Shown piece by piece: positions 42,144 to 52,100 of a DNA stretch of 64,000 nt. The number at the start of each line of letters is the position of its first letter. Positions within the stretch are counted from its first letter, which is position 1. The notes under the pieces are model-generated. The model was not told the origin of the DNA. It did no database searches and saw only the letters and a list, made by a program, of their open reading frames with translations. Source of the DNA: an uncultured Chthonomonadaceae bacterium (GTDB lineage Bacteria > Armatimonadota > Chthonomonadetes > Chthonomonadales > Chthonomonadaceae). The stretch is taken from contig CAWIEK010000049.1 in NCBI GenBank assembly GCA_963835065.1, positions 512,001 to 576,000 of the forward strand, written 5' to 3'. Position numbers and translations under genes: made by a program.

Positions 42144-43075
42144 ACACGATTGTTGTGTGTCGCCGGAGATTGAAAATCTCCGGCAACAAACAGGAGCAAT
42201 ACCCAATCGAAAATCGAAAATCGAAAATCGAAAATCCCAACACCTTTTCCCTGTCCAACGTCTCTTACCACTATCAGACAGGCGTTGCCGCGCTGGAAGA
42301 CGTGTCACTGACGATTGCGCCGGGCGAGAAGATCGCCATTTTGGGCGCGAACGGCTGCGGCAAGAGTACGCTGCTGCGTATTTTGAGCGGGCTGGCGTTT
42401 CCGCAGTCGGGGCAGGTGCAGGCGTTCGGGCAGGACGTAAACGAAGCGGCGTTGCAGGACGAAGTGAGCGCGTATCGCTTTCGCCGCCGCGTAGGGTTTA
42501 TCTTTCAGAACTCCGACGCGCAGTTGTTTTCTCCTACCGTGCGCGAGGAGATCGCGTTCGGGCCGCTGCATATTGGATTGGCGCAGGCGGAAGTGGAAAG
42601 CCGCGTTCTCGACGTTGCCCGCCTGCTCGACATCGAAAACCTGCTGGATCGCGCCCCATTTCAATTATCGGGAGGGGAAAAGAAGAAGGTGGCTATCGGC
42701 TGCGTTTTGACCCTCAACCCGGACGCTCTGCTGCTGGATGAGCCGACGGCTGGACTTGATCCCCGTTCGCAATCCTGGCTGCTCGACCTGCTGCTGCGCC
42801 TGAACGCGGCGGGCAAAACCCTTGTCACGGCCACGCATGACCTGAATATGGTTCCCACTCTTGCGGATCGCGTGTTCGTGTTCAGCGAACAGCACCGGCT
42901 TGTCGCCGAAGGGCCGAGCCGCGACATTCTGGCCGACGCGGACTTGCTGCTGCGCGTCAACCTCATTCATGCGAACTGGCATCGCCACAACGGTCTCTGG
43001 CACGTCCACTCGCACCCGCAGAACGTTCCCCACCAGCACACGCACACCCATGAACACGACGCGCCTGATCTTTAG
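42119..43075 (+). CDS. cbiO: ECF transporter ATPase CbiO/NikO with His-rich tail; start uncertain
   Basis: GANGCGKS, FQNSDAQLF, LSGGEKK, LDEPTAGLDP; HRH...HVHSH...HQHTHTHEH. Confidence 0.88.
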   Translation: MRHWQQALNTIVVCRRRLKISGNKQEQYPIENRKSKIENPNTFSLSNVSYHYQTGVAALEDVSLTIAPGEKIAILGANGCGKSTLLRILSGLAFPQSGQVQAFGQDVNEAALQDEVSAYRFRRRVGFIFQNSDAQLFSPTVREEIAFGPLHIGLAQAEVESRVLDVARLLDIENLLDRAPFQLSGGEKKKVAIGCVLTLNPDALLLDEPTAGLDPRSQSWLLDLLLRLNAAGKTLVTATHDLNMVPTLADRVFVFSEQHRLVAEGPSRDILADADLLLRVNLIHANWHRHNGLWHVHSHPQNVPHQHTHTHEHDAPDL

Positions 43076-43169
43076 AGCCTGTCCCAATAGATGCGGCATT
43101 TGCGTCTGAGGGACGCTTGATTTTTCCTGCCGGGTTAGGCAATGCCCAGCCTGTTGGGAGTGGCTCTTA
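43073..43169. mobile_element. Possible ~97-bp degenerate MITE
   Basis: TAGAGCCTGTCCCAATAG...CTGTTGGGAGTGGCTCTTA imperfect IR between two stop codons. Confidence 0.35.
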
Positions 43170-44156
43170 ATCCTGATGCCGACGACTTTTCACCATCTGC
43201 GCGGCGATGCGGAGGGCTTCCAGCAGGCTTTTTTCACTGGCAATGCCCCTGCCCGCAATATCGAAGGCCGTACCGTGATCTACCGAAACGCGGATGATGG
43301 GCAGACCGATGGTGACATTGACTCCCGTATCAAAGCCGTGCAGTTTCACGGGGATGTGTCCCTGATCGTGGTACATGGCAATGACGAGATCGAACTCGCC
43401 CTTTGCGGCGCGGGCAAAAACGGTATCGGGGGGATGCGGGCCGCTTGCGTCTATGTTTTCCTGCCGCGCCTGCACAATAGCGGGCGTGATTTCCGTTTCT
43501 TCTTCGGTTCCGAACAGGCCGTTTTCGCCCGCGTGGGGGTTCAGGCCGGCAACGGCGATGCGGGGATGGGCAATTCCCAGGTCGCGGCAGGCGCGATCCG
43601 CGAGGCGAATACACTCCACGATGCGCGGCGTTCGTACCCGTTCAATCGCTTCCCGCAGCGAAACATGCGTACTCACGTGAACCACGCGCAGGTTTCCCGA
43701 CAGCAGCATCATGCCATAGCGCGGCGTCTGCGTCACTTCGGCCAGCAGTTCGGTATGGCCGGGATAGGGATAGCCGCCCATTGCCATCGCTTCTTTGTTG
43801 AGCGGCGCGGTGACAACGGCGTCCACGTCGCCGCGCAAAGCCGCTTGCGCCGCCGCAATCACGCACTGCGCCGCCGCTTTGCCCGCCTGCGCCGACAATT
43901 CGCCCCACTGCAACCCGCTTAAATCCGCGTCCGTCGCCTGCTGCACGAGTTTGGATGCAAGTTTCGCGTAATTCACGCGAACTTCTCCCGGTTCAATTTC
44001 GCAATGTGGCAGGAGGCTGGCAGTTTGCTGCATCCATGCCCTGTCACCGTAAATCACAGGCTTGCAGTGAGCGTATATTCCTTCGCATCCCAGTGCCTTC
44101 AAAATGATTTCCGGCCCGATGCCTGCCGGATCGCCCATCGTAATCGCAATTCGCAC
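43167..44156 (-). CDS. pdxA: 4-hydroxythreonine-4-phosphate dehydrogenase (PdxA/PdxA2)
   Basis: TMGDPAGIGPE, PGHTE, GLNPHAGE, MYHDQG, SVDHGTAFDIAG. Confidence 0.95.
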   Translation of the reverse strand: MRIAITMGDPAGIGPEIILKALGCEGIYAHCKPVIYGDRAWMQQTASLLPHCEIEPGEVRVNYAKLASKLVQQATDADLSGLQWGELSAQAGKAAAQCVIAAAQAALRGDVDAVVTAPLNKEAMAMGGYPYPGHTELLAEVTQTPRYGMMLLSGNLRVVHVSTHVSLREAIERVRTPRIVECIRLADRACRDLGIAHPRIAVAGLNPHAGENGLFGTEEETEITPAIVQARQENIDASGPHPPDTVFARAAKGEFDLVIAMYHDQGHIPVKLHGFDTGVNVTIGLPIIRVSVDHGTAFDIAGRGIASEKSLLEALRIAAQMVKSRRHQD

Positions 44157-44199
44157 GTTTTCTCCTGATGATGTGAAGATAGCTCCATATCACTGTATA

Positions 44200-44643
44200 A
44201 TGGAAGCAGGCGACATTTGCGCCACTTGCGGGAAGGATACGCTCTTGCCTCTAGCCAACCGAATCGGCGTTCGCTGCCTGCTCTTGATCGCGCTGCTGTG
44301 GGCTGTGTCTCTGCCCCTGCGCGTCGCTTCGCAGGCCGCTTTTGTCGGGGGCGCAAATGTTATTTTGGGCGGCTTGTTCGGCTTGTGCCTGGCTTGTATT
44401 ACGCGCACACGACGCGCTGCGCTGATTTATCTCTGGCTGGCGCTGGCCTGCCTGACGCTGTGGCCGCTATTCGAGGCATGGCCGCCCGTGAGCCTCTTTG
44501 ACGCGCCTTCCACCCGCGCCTGGCATTATCTGAACGTATTGCGCGTGTGTCTGTTCGTTCTCGGCCTGCCCTATCCCTTCGCGCGTTTCGGACAGCACGG
44601 CCCCGACCCACTTCCCGACCCTCCAAAATCGGAGGAATCCTGA
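44200..44643 (+). CDS. Hypothetical 4-TM membrane protein
   Basis: Hydrophobic ORF; start uncertain. Confidence 0.5.
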   Translation: MEAGDICATCGKDTLLPLANRIGVRCLLLIALLWAVSLPLRVASQAAFVGGANVILGGLFGLCLACITRTRRAALIYLWLALACLTLWPLFEAWPPVSLFDAPSTRAWHYLNVLRVCLFVLGLPYPFARFGQHGPDPLPDPPKSEES

Positions 44644-44833
44644 CTGCCATTTGGACGAGGTGAGCAACACCCCGGCCATTAGTAGGCGCATCAAGCAGAG
44701 GCAATTCGGGCGCGGCAAGCAACGCCCCTGCCGATTTTACGGGAACTTGTTCTCTTATGAACCCTTAACTTGCCACGAGGGGCTTTCGGACGTAAAAGAA
44801 ATGAAAAAAGTTCCCAAAATTCGATAAAAGTGG

Positions 44834-44862
44834 TTGACAACCGCGCAAAGGTCTGTTATACT
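44834..44862 (+). promoter_or_regulatory. Near-consensus sigma70 promoter
   Basis: TTGACA-N17-TATACT with TG and an A-rich upstream tract. Confidence 0.8.
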
Positions 44863-44868
44863 TAAATT

Positions 44869-45022
44869 GCTTCACACGAAGCGAACTCATAAGCATCCGG
44901 CGCAAGCCGGGTGAGGATCGACCCCTTGAACTCAAGATGTGCCATTGGCCTGACGATGTGATCCTCCATGTCGTTTTCAAAGGCGCACACTGACGAAGGT
45001 AGACCTCATTGATGCCTCATAA
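44869..45022 (+). ncRNA. ssrS: Probable 6S RNA
   Basis: No credible ORF between strong promoter and terminator; nested pairings GCATC/GATGC, GTGAGG/CCTCAT, CCTT/AAGG, GTGCC/GGCGC around a central bubble containing CCTTGAAC. Confidence 0.55.
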
Positions 45023-45024
45023 TT

Positions 45025-45062
45025 ATGGCGGCGGGGCTTCGTCCCCTCCGCCATTTGTTTTT
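45025..45062 (+). terminator. Intrinsic terminator
   Basis: ATGGCGGCGGGGC-TTCG-TCCCCTCCGCCAT-TTGTTTTT. Confidence 0.8.
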
Positions 45063-45090
45063 GTCTGCTTACTTCACGATGAGGAGACTT

Positions 45091-46134
45091 ATGAAAGGCA
45101 TAATTATTGCAGGTGGATTAGGTACGCGCCTGCGCCCGCTTACGTATCAGCGCCCCAAACCCCTGGTTCCGGTTGCCAATCGTCCTTTTTTAGAATATCA
45201 GGTGGCATTGCTGCGTCAGCATGGCGTAGACGATATTGTCTTTGCTACCAATTACATGGCCGACAAGATCGAAGGGCATTTTGGCGACGGGAGCCGGTTC
45301 GGGGTAAAAATGCGCTACGCGGTGGAAGACAAGCCACTGGGCACGGGCGGCGCTATTCGCAACGCGGCCAATCAGTTTCCGGGCGAGGCCGTGTGCGTGT
45401 TCAATGGCGACGTGATGACCGACTTCGATTTGGGCGCGATTTTTCGGTTTCATCAGGACAAGCAGGCGATAGCGACGATCACGCTTTCCGAAGTGCCAAG
45501 TCCGAACCCGTTTGGCGTCCTGCTGCTGGACGCAAACGGGCGCGTGGACAGTTGGGTGGAGCCGAGCGAAGAAAAGAAAAAAGCGCTGGCTGCCAACCAC
45601 GACGCGCCGCCTGAAGGCACGGACTTGATTAACGCGGGTTTTTACGTGTTTTCGCCGGAGTTCATCGCCCGTATCGCGTCCGGCAAGCCTTCTTCGGTGG
45701 AACGCGATATATTCCCGCCCCTGCTGGCGGAAAAGGGACCGGTGTACGGTATCGCGCCCGGAGGCTTCTGGATGGATGTGGGCCGCGCCGAGCAGCTTCT
45801 CATCGCAACACAGGCCGTTGTCCGCGAAACCGTGCAGACGGCGCTGCCCCTCGTAACTTTGGGAGAAGGCACAACTCTCGCGCCGGACGCAATCTGCAAG
45901 GAAGCCACCGTAGTCGGGCGCAATTGCCGCATCGGGGAGGGCGCGCGTCTGGAAGGCTGTATTCTGATGGATGGCGTGACGGTGGGCAGTCACGCTTATT
46001 TGCGCAATGTGATCGTGGATGATAACGTCACCATTGAAGACGATGTGATTGTGGAAGGCAAAGGCGTGTCCGGCCCGGTTCCCGTGCTTGCCGTCGGCAG
46101 TGTTCTGAAACGCGGGACGCGCTTGTTGATTTAG
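45091..46134 (+). CDS. NDP-sugar pyrophosphorylase (mannose-1-phosphate guanylyltransferase-like)
   Basis: IAGGLGTRLRPLT...PKPL, PLGTGG, NGD, WMDVG, C-terminal hexapeptide repeats. Confidence 0.9.
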   Translation: MKGIIIAGGLGTRLRPLTYQRPKPLVPVANRPFLEYQVALLRQHGVDDIVFATNYMADKIEGHFGDGSRFGVKMRYAVEDKPLGTGGAIRNAANQFPGEAVCVFNGDVMTDFDLGAIFRFHQDKQAIATITLSEVPSPNPFGVLLLDANGRVDSWVEPSEEKKKALAANHDAPPEGTDLINAGFYVFSPEFIARIASGKPSSVERDIFPPLLAEKGPVYGIAPGGFWMDVGRAEQLLIATQAVVRETVQTALPLVTLGEGTTLAPDAICKEATVVGRNCRIGEGARLEGCILMDGVTVGSHAYLRNVIVDDNVTIEDDVIVEGKGVSGPVPVLAVGSVLKRGTRLLI

Positions 46135-46338
46135 AGAACCGCTTGATGCTTTTCTGTTTTTGCGTAAACTCGGCAAATACAAGCCAACGCCGCTTCAATC
46201 TTATGAGATTGAAGCGGCGTTGTTCGTCTCCTTGTGCGGCGCAGCATGGTAATGGGGCACAACAGAAAACGCGCAAAGCGAAAGGGCGATGAAAGTTTGT
46301 AGTTCCTGCCTTGCTATCAACTATCAACTATCAACTAT

Positions 46339-46551
46339 TCAGTGCGTCTGCCGGGGTTTGCGGCGCGAAGATAGGTTTTGATCGGATGTAATAGTAAACT
46401 CGGCTTGCCGCATCTCCTGCGGATACCAGAGCGACAATTTGCTGAAGTAGCCGGACGCCTCGCGCTCGGAAGCGAAAGGACCGTGCGTATGGTCGCGCAA
46501 ATGCGGCTGCGGAACCGATTGCGCGGGTGTCATAACGTGCAGATAGTACAT
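46339..46551 (-). CDS. Small hypothetical protein (70 aa)
   Basis: AAGGAG SD 7 nt before ATG; GPFASEREA motif. Confidence 0.5.
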   Translation of the reverse strand: MYYLHVMTPAQSVPQPHLRDHTHGPFASEREASGYFSKLSLWYPQEMRQAEFTITSDQNLSSRRKPRQTH

Positions 46552-46906
46552 GGCTCGTCTCCTTCCCGTCCCAACGACGTGATACTGCTGTTACGGAACC
46601 GCCGACGATGGGAGTTCCCTCTTCATTATCGGCGTTCCCCCGCATTTTTACAGTTCGGTTTTCCGCCCGAAACGCTTTTTGCGCAAAGCAGGTGTTTTTA
46701 GACACAGGAACGCAGGGGGAAGCGGGACGCAGCACAAAACGCCGATGCCGTCCCTGTGCATGGACGACCTCGGAGCGGAAAGGTTCGAGCGTAAGACGTT
46801 TGTGGCAGAAAGCGACGTAAACTGTTGCGGTATGCGCGAGTATAGGACAAACAAGCCATGCCCCACAATGGAACACAGCCTGCATGTCTATCAACTATCA
46901 ACTAAC

Positions 46907-47128
46907 TCAGGCTTCGGACGTGGGCGCTTCCGCCACAGGCGCTGCAGGAGCGGCGGCAGGACGCGGGGGGCGTTGGCGCGGCGCGGAAGCCGGGCGGGCA
47001 GCGCCACCGGCGGCGGGACGCGGGGCGGGCTTGACGGGACGAGCGGCGCGGGCGGCTTTCACTTTGTCCAGAATACGGTCTTCTTCGCGCTTGCGGCAGC
47101 GGCGAATCTCTTTAGATCGAATACGCAC
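46907..47128 (-). CDS. Small basic Ala/Pro-rich protein
   Basis: GAGGAG SD then GTG; RIRSKEIRRCRKREE; TTGACA-N18-TATAGT promoter at 47287-47316. Confidence 0.6.
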   Translation of the reverse strand: MRIRSKEIRRCRKREEDRILDKVKAARAARPVKPAPRPAAGGAARPASAPRQRPPRPAAAPAAPVAEAPTSEA

Positions 47129-47409
47129 GATGACTCTCCTCAAAATGCCTGAGCATGGCAGATGAACACGGCCATGATCGGCACGACAACGGTTAGAACA
47201 TTTCGTTAGAACGTTTGGAATGATTGGCAGGATGGACGCGCCGCAACATTCTGACGGCAACACACTCCCATCCGGCGCGGCGATATACTATACCCAAGCC
47301 GGGTTCGCTTTGTCAACTTGAAATTCTTGAAATTTCAGGAGGAATGAATTCAGGATGGATGCGAGTAGAGCGGACCAAGCGCTATTTTTCGCGGGTTATT
47401 TTCTCGATT

Positions 47410-47970
47410 TCATGCCGTCCGATTGCCGGTTGGCGCGGTTGGCGACGCTTCCTGAACTGCCTCCCGCGCGATTTGCGCGTATTCCGGGTCGGTTTGCAGC
47501 CGGTGGACGAGTTGCTGTTTGAGGGCGGCGTGGTGGGCGGCATCGGGCTTGTACAGGCGTTTGGCGTACTGCACTTCCAGATCGAGCGTTGCCATGCCGC
47601 GCCGGATGTCCGCGCCCGTCAGCACAAACGCGAAGCCAACGGCGGTCAGGCCACTGTAAAATAAAATCGTTGCAGGGGTGAGGGAACGGCTGCTCGCGAA
47701 CAGGTTCATCAGCAGGAACAGCAGCAGGGCGCAGGCCAGCGCGCCGACCGCCAGTTCGTTGAAAACATACCGCTGCCGAAACTGGTCTATCTGATCCAGC
47801 AGGTTCACACGCCGAAGCATGTCCATGTCGGGATGGTCGTCGTTAATCAATCGGGCCGCGCTGCGAACGCGATCCGACAAATTGGCGTTACGCGCCGTCA
47901 GCATCACGAGCAGGGACGCGCTGACCAGCATCAGGGGCGTGAACACGCCGGTAAAGAAGGATTGTTCCAT
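47410..47970 (-). CDS. DUF2721-like membrane protein
   Basis: TPLMLVSASLLVMLTARNANLSDRVR pattern, 3 TM. Confidence 0.6.
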   Translation of the reverse strand: MEQSFFTGVFTPLMLVSASLLVMLTARNANLSDRVRSAARLINDDHPDMDMLRRVNLLDQIDQFRQRYVFNELAVGALACALLLFLLMNLFASSRSLTPATILFYSGLTAVGFAFVLTGADIRRGMATLDLEVQYAKRLYKPDAAHHAALKQQLVHRLQTDPEYAQIAREAVQEASPTAPTGNRTA

Positions 47971-48047
47971 GCTTTTTCATAAATCGTTTCAATAAGACAG
48001 CCTTTGTGCCGTTCACGAGGACGCAGGAAAGAGGGCTGTGGCGACAC

Positions 48048-48824
48048 TCAGATTTGCGTCATGCCGGCATCAATGGTATATCCCTGCGCGGTAATGGAGC
48101 GGGCGACGTCCGAGCAAAGGAAGAGCGACAGGTACGCGATTTCCGCGGGCGCGATTAGATGTTTCATCGGGACATTGCGTAAAATCACGGACGCAATGGC
48201 GTCTTCTTCAGATTCGAGATTGTGGGCTGCCGCAAGCGCGCTGAGTTGGTTTCTTACCAGCGGCGTATCCACGTAACCGGGGCAGATCGCATTGACGGTA
48301 ATGCCATAAGGGGCGAGTTCCAGCGCGACCGTCCGGGTCAGCCCTAAAAGCCCGTGTTTGGCCGACACATACCCCGACTTGTAGGCGGAGGCGATTTTCG
48401 CGTGGATAGACGCGATGTTGATAATGCGCCCGAAACCACGCGCTTTCATTCCCGGCGCGGCGGCCTGCGTGAGCAGAAACGGCGCGACGAGCATCACTTC
48501 GAGCATCTGCCGGAACACTTCGGGCGGAAAGTCTTCCAGCGGGGCGACATGCTGAAAGCCGGCGTTGTTGATTAAAATATCAATCGGCAGGCGTTCAACG
48601 GCATGAAGAAAATCAGGTGTGGTAATATCTCCGGGCAGGGCTTTGCCTTGCAGCGCATCCGCCGCTTCCTGCGCCCATTCGGAAACCACGTCATTGATAA
48701 ATACCTTTGCGCCTGATTGCGCCAAGGCGGCGGCAATGCTGTACCCGATGCCGGAACCCGCCCCTGTCACCAAAGCCGTCTTGCCTGACAAGTCCACCGA
48801 AAAGTTTACTCCTGAACTCTCCAT
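48048..48824 (-). CDS. bdhA: 3-hydroxybutyrate dehydrogenase (SDR)
   Basis: TGAGSGIG, NNAGFQHVAPLEDFP, YVSAKHG, CPGYVDTPLVRNQ. Confidence 0.85.
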   Translation of the reverse strand: MESSGVNFSVDLSGKTALVTGAGSGIGYSIAAALAQSGAKVFINDVVSEWAQEAADALQGKALPGDITTPDFLHAVERLPIDILINNAGFQHVAPLEDFPPEVFRQMLEVMLVAPFLLTQAAAPGMKARGFGRIINIASIHAKIASAYKSGYVSAKHGLLGLTRTVALELAPYGITVNAICPGYVDTPLVRNQLSALAAAHNLESEEDAIASVILRNVPMKHLIAPAEIAYLSLFLCSDVARSITAQGYTIDAGMTQI

Positions 48825-49129
48825 TTCCCCTTCCTTCCTGCTTACATCGCGATTTTACCTCATTTTGGCAAATCTGTTGAAAGCGTGACCGGCGCGATAG
48901 TCACGCCCCGAATCGTTCTAAATCTTTCTAATTTGAGGCTTTCGGCCCATGCCGGGAAAGCAGGAACGGCTTATACTCTTGTTGATAATTTCAAAAATGC
49001 GGCAGGTTTTACATTGCCATTGATGGAATACGATACTGAGGTAAATTGATTGTGCCGTATTTGATTATGCCCTGATAGAAGCGACGGCTTGATAAGTTCG
49101 TTGATAAGTTCGACAGGAGAAAGACAGCC

Positions 49130-52100
49130 ATGGAATCCCGGCCCCCGGCAGGCGCTCCATTCCCCACAATCCGGCAGTGGAAATCGTGTTCCCACTGTGG
49201 CGCTCCTAATCCGCCCTGGGCATCGGGCTGCGGACAGTGCCGCCAGCCGTTCCCGGACGCCCGCGAAGCCGCCGCCGAGGAAGCCGCGCACATCGAATAC
49301 CTGCTGCAGCAATTGCCCGGCTGGCGGCAGCATGGCCTGCTGTCGGAAAGCGCCCACCAGCGTCTGCGCTCCGATTACCTTCATCTTCAAAAGGAGTTTG
49401 GCGACTATTTGCTTCAGCAGCAAACAGGCATGTCGGACGCGGCGAAGCCTGGCGTTGCGTCCTCAGTCACGCCTGCCGCGTCTGCTGCCTTGCCCGTCGC
49501 ATCTGCTGCCGTCAACCCCGCGCTGCAATCTGCCGCTCAGGGTACGCCGGTGTTCTGGCCGATGGACTTGCCCGGCATCTTGCCCGGACAGCCTGCCGCT
49601 GCTGCGCCCGGATTGTCGGTAACTGCCGCGCCCATAGGAAGTATGCCGCATACGCCGCCCTTCACTTCTGCTCCTGCTCCTTCTATTGCGCCGCCGCATC
49701 CGCCTGCCGGTCAAGGGTTACGCCGCTTCTTCCAGAAACACGCTTTGCAAGTACTCTTCGCCCTGGCAACCGTTCTCGTTCTCGCGGCGCTGCGGACGAT
49801 GCTCGGCTGGACCTGGATCGGGGATTTGGCGATGCGGCTGCTGCCCGTTGTTCCACTCGGATTAACGGCGATGTTCTGGACGTTCGGGCAGAAGACGCGG
49901 ACGGAAAACCCGTGGGCTGCGTTCGCGTATCATGGGCTTGCCGCCGCGTTGTGCGCGTTCGACGTGATTGCCGTGAACAAATACTGGCTGCCCACTCCCC
50001 TCCCGGCCAAACCCGCCTTTATGCTGGCGTCGCTGGCTGCCGTCGGCGTATCAGGCGCGCTGCTGCGCAGTTGGCGTGAAATCGCTTATCTGCACCTGTT
50101 CCAAACTGCCGCCGTGACCATGCTGTTCGCCATCGCGCAAATGCTGCGGCTGAATGTCCCGCCCGGCGACTTCCGGCTGACGCCCCTGTGGCTGTTTGGC
50201 GCGGCCTATCTGTCCTACGCGGCGTTTTGCCTGTGGATGGCGCGGCGGAGCGAAGAAACCACGCCGGACAACAGCGCGGATACAAAATCCGCAGCACATA
50301 CCACGCAAGGCTCTGAACACAGCGATGCTCCTGCCCCGCAAAATGCGCCTTCCTTCGGGCAAAACGCGCCTCCTGTGGAGCAAAACGCGCCTCCTGCCGT
50401 GTCTATCCCAGCGCCGGCACTCCCAATTCCCGGTTTTGCGCAAGGTGCGGGCGGGGCGTCTTGGCGACTGGCGTGGATATTTTGGGCGCATTTCAGCGTT
50501 GTCGGCGTGATGTTCCTGGCTGCCGTCAATATCGCGCTGGAACATCCGGGACCGAACGATTTTGCCGTGCTGTCGCTTCTGGCCGGCTTGATCTATGTCA
50601 GTGGCGCGCAATTGCTTCAGGATGCCCGCATGGTGCGAGTTTCCTGCGTATTTTTGATGGCAAGCGGCCTGTTCTGGCTCGGCAGCCACCACCCGGCGCG
50701 AATGTGGGAGGGCGCGAGCGCGTTCCTGCTCCTTCTCAGCGCCCTCGCCCTTGTTTTTGCCCGCTACAATCGGCAGCGGGCAAACGGACACGGAACCGGG
50801 GAGCATCTTGCGCAAGCCTATCTGACAGTTGGCATGTGGAACGTTGGGGTTGCTTCCATTTTGTCGTGCCTTTACGCGCTGCTCGCTTTTGAGGAAGTCG
50901 GCCAGCAGAATTATCACGTATACGGGGTTAGGGGATGCGTACTGACGCTCGCCTGCGGCATGTTTTATTTTATTTTTGCGCGATGGGAGGCCAAACCCGC
51001 CCTGCTTTACGCGGCGTTCGTGACCTGGGCCGTTGGGCTTACAAGTTTGCTGTCCGCTTTCTCCGCGTCGCGTGGGATGTATCCTCTTGCGTTAACTCTG
51101 TACGGAGTCGGACTTGCGCTGCTCGCGCGCCGGCAATCGCGCAGGGCAGAGGAGGTCCGCGCTGATGGGCTGGATTGGGCGACTCCGCAGCGCAATAGCG
51201 GCATCGGGATGGCGACAGCGGGCGCGCTGCTTGCGGTCGGGCTGCCGTTTCAGGACACGCTCGGCGCGTCCTGGCTGTGGACAGTTGCGACCCTGACGCT
51301 CGCGCTCCTGCTTTACACAGACGAAGCGCGAACATCGGGGGCAGCGGTTTACGCCTACGCCGCTTTGAGCTGCGCGGCCTGCATCAGCGCCCTGCTGACG
51401 TGGCGCGTCCTGGTTCCGCAGCCGTTCCGGCCTGCCGACTGCCTGGCCGTCTTCACGCTGGCGGCTTCGGCCACCTCCCTCGTTTTGGCGCGGCGCGGCA
51501 GCGCGGCAAATGGAGGGATTACATCAAACTCGGAGAACGTGTCAGACGCAAAGAACCTGTCAGACGCAGCAGAACGTCTCGAACACAGCAAACGTGTTGA
51601 ACACGAAGAACGTGTCAGAATACACAGCAAAGTCATGTGGCGGGAGTGTGTCACGCACGCAGCGCTTGTGGCCGCGCTGATCTGCCTGGGGGATGGCGTT
51701 TACGCCTTCTGCGCAGCATTGGAAACGCGCCATTATGCTGTTTCTCTCCTGCCTTGTTTGGTTTCGAGCCTGCTGTTGTGCGGGGGGCGCTATGCCGGAA
51801 ATCGGAACGCCAATGACGCCCTGCGCCGGAGCGCGCTGGCCTGCGCGGGCATAGCGGCAGCCGCAGAAGCCGGGCTGCTGTGCCATGCCTGGCAGGGCGC
51901 GGGAAGTGGGTGGCAGCCGACTGCTTTACGAGCATGGGGGATCAGCCTTGTCGCGCTGGGATGGGCATGGAAACTGGCAGCGCGCTTGGCGCGCAATTGG
52001 AACGAGCAGGAATGGTGGCGGCATGAACTGACGCTTGCCGCCCTGACAACCGCATTTTTGGGACTTTTGCCGCTTACATTGGGCGCGGAACAACCGCCGC

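Noticed and set aside
46590..46640. Fluoride riboswitch
   Set aside because: Only superficial GATGGGAGTTC similarity; no pseudoknot elements or related gene.
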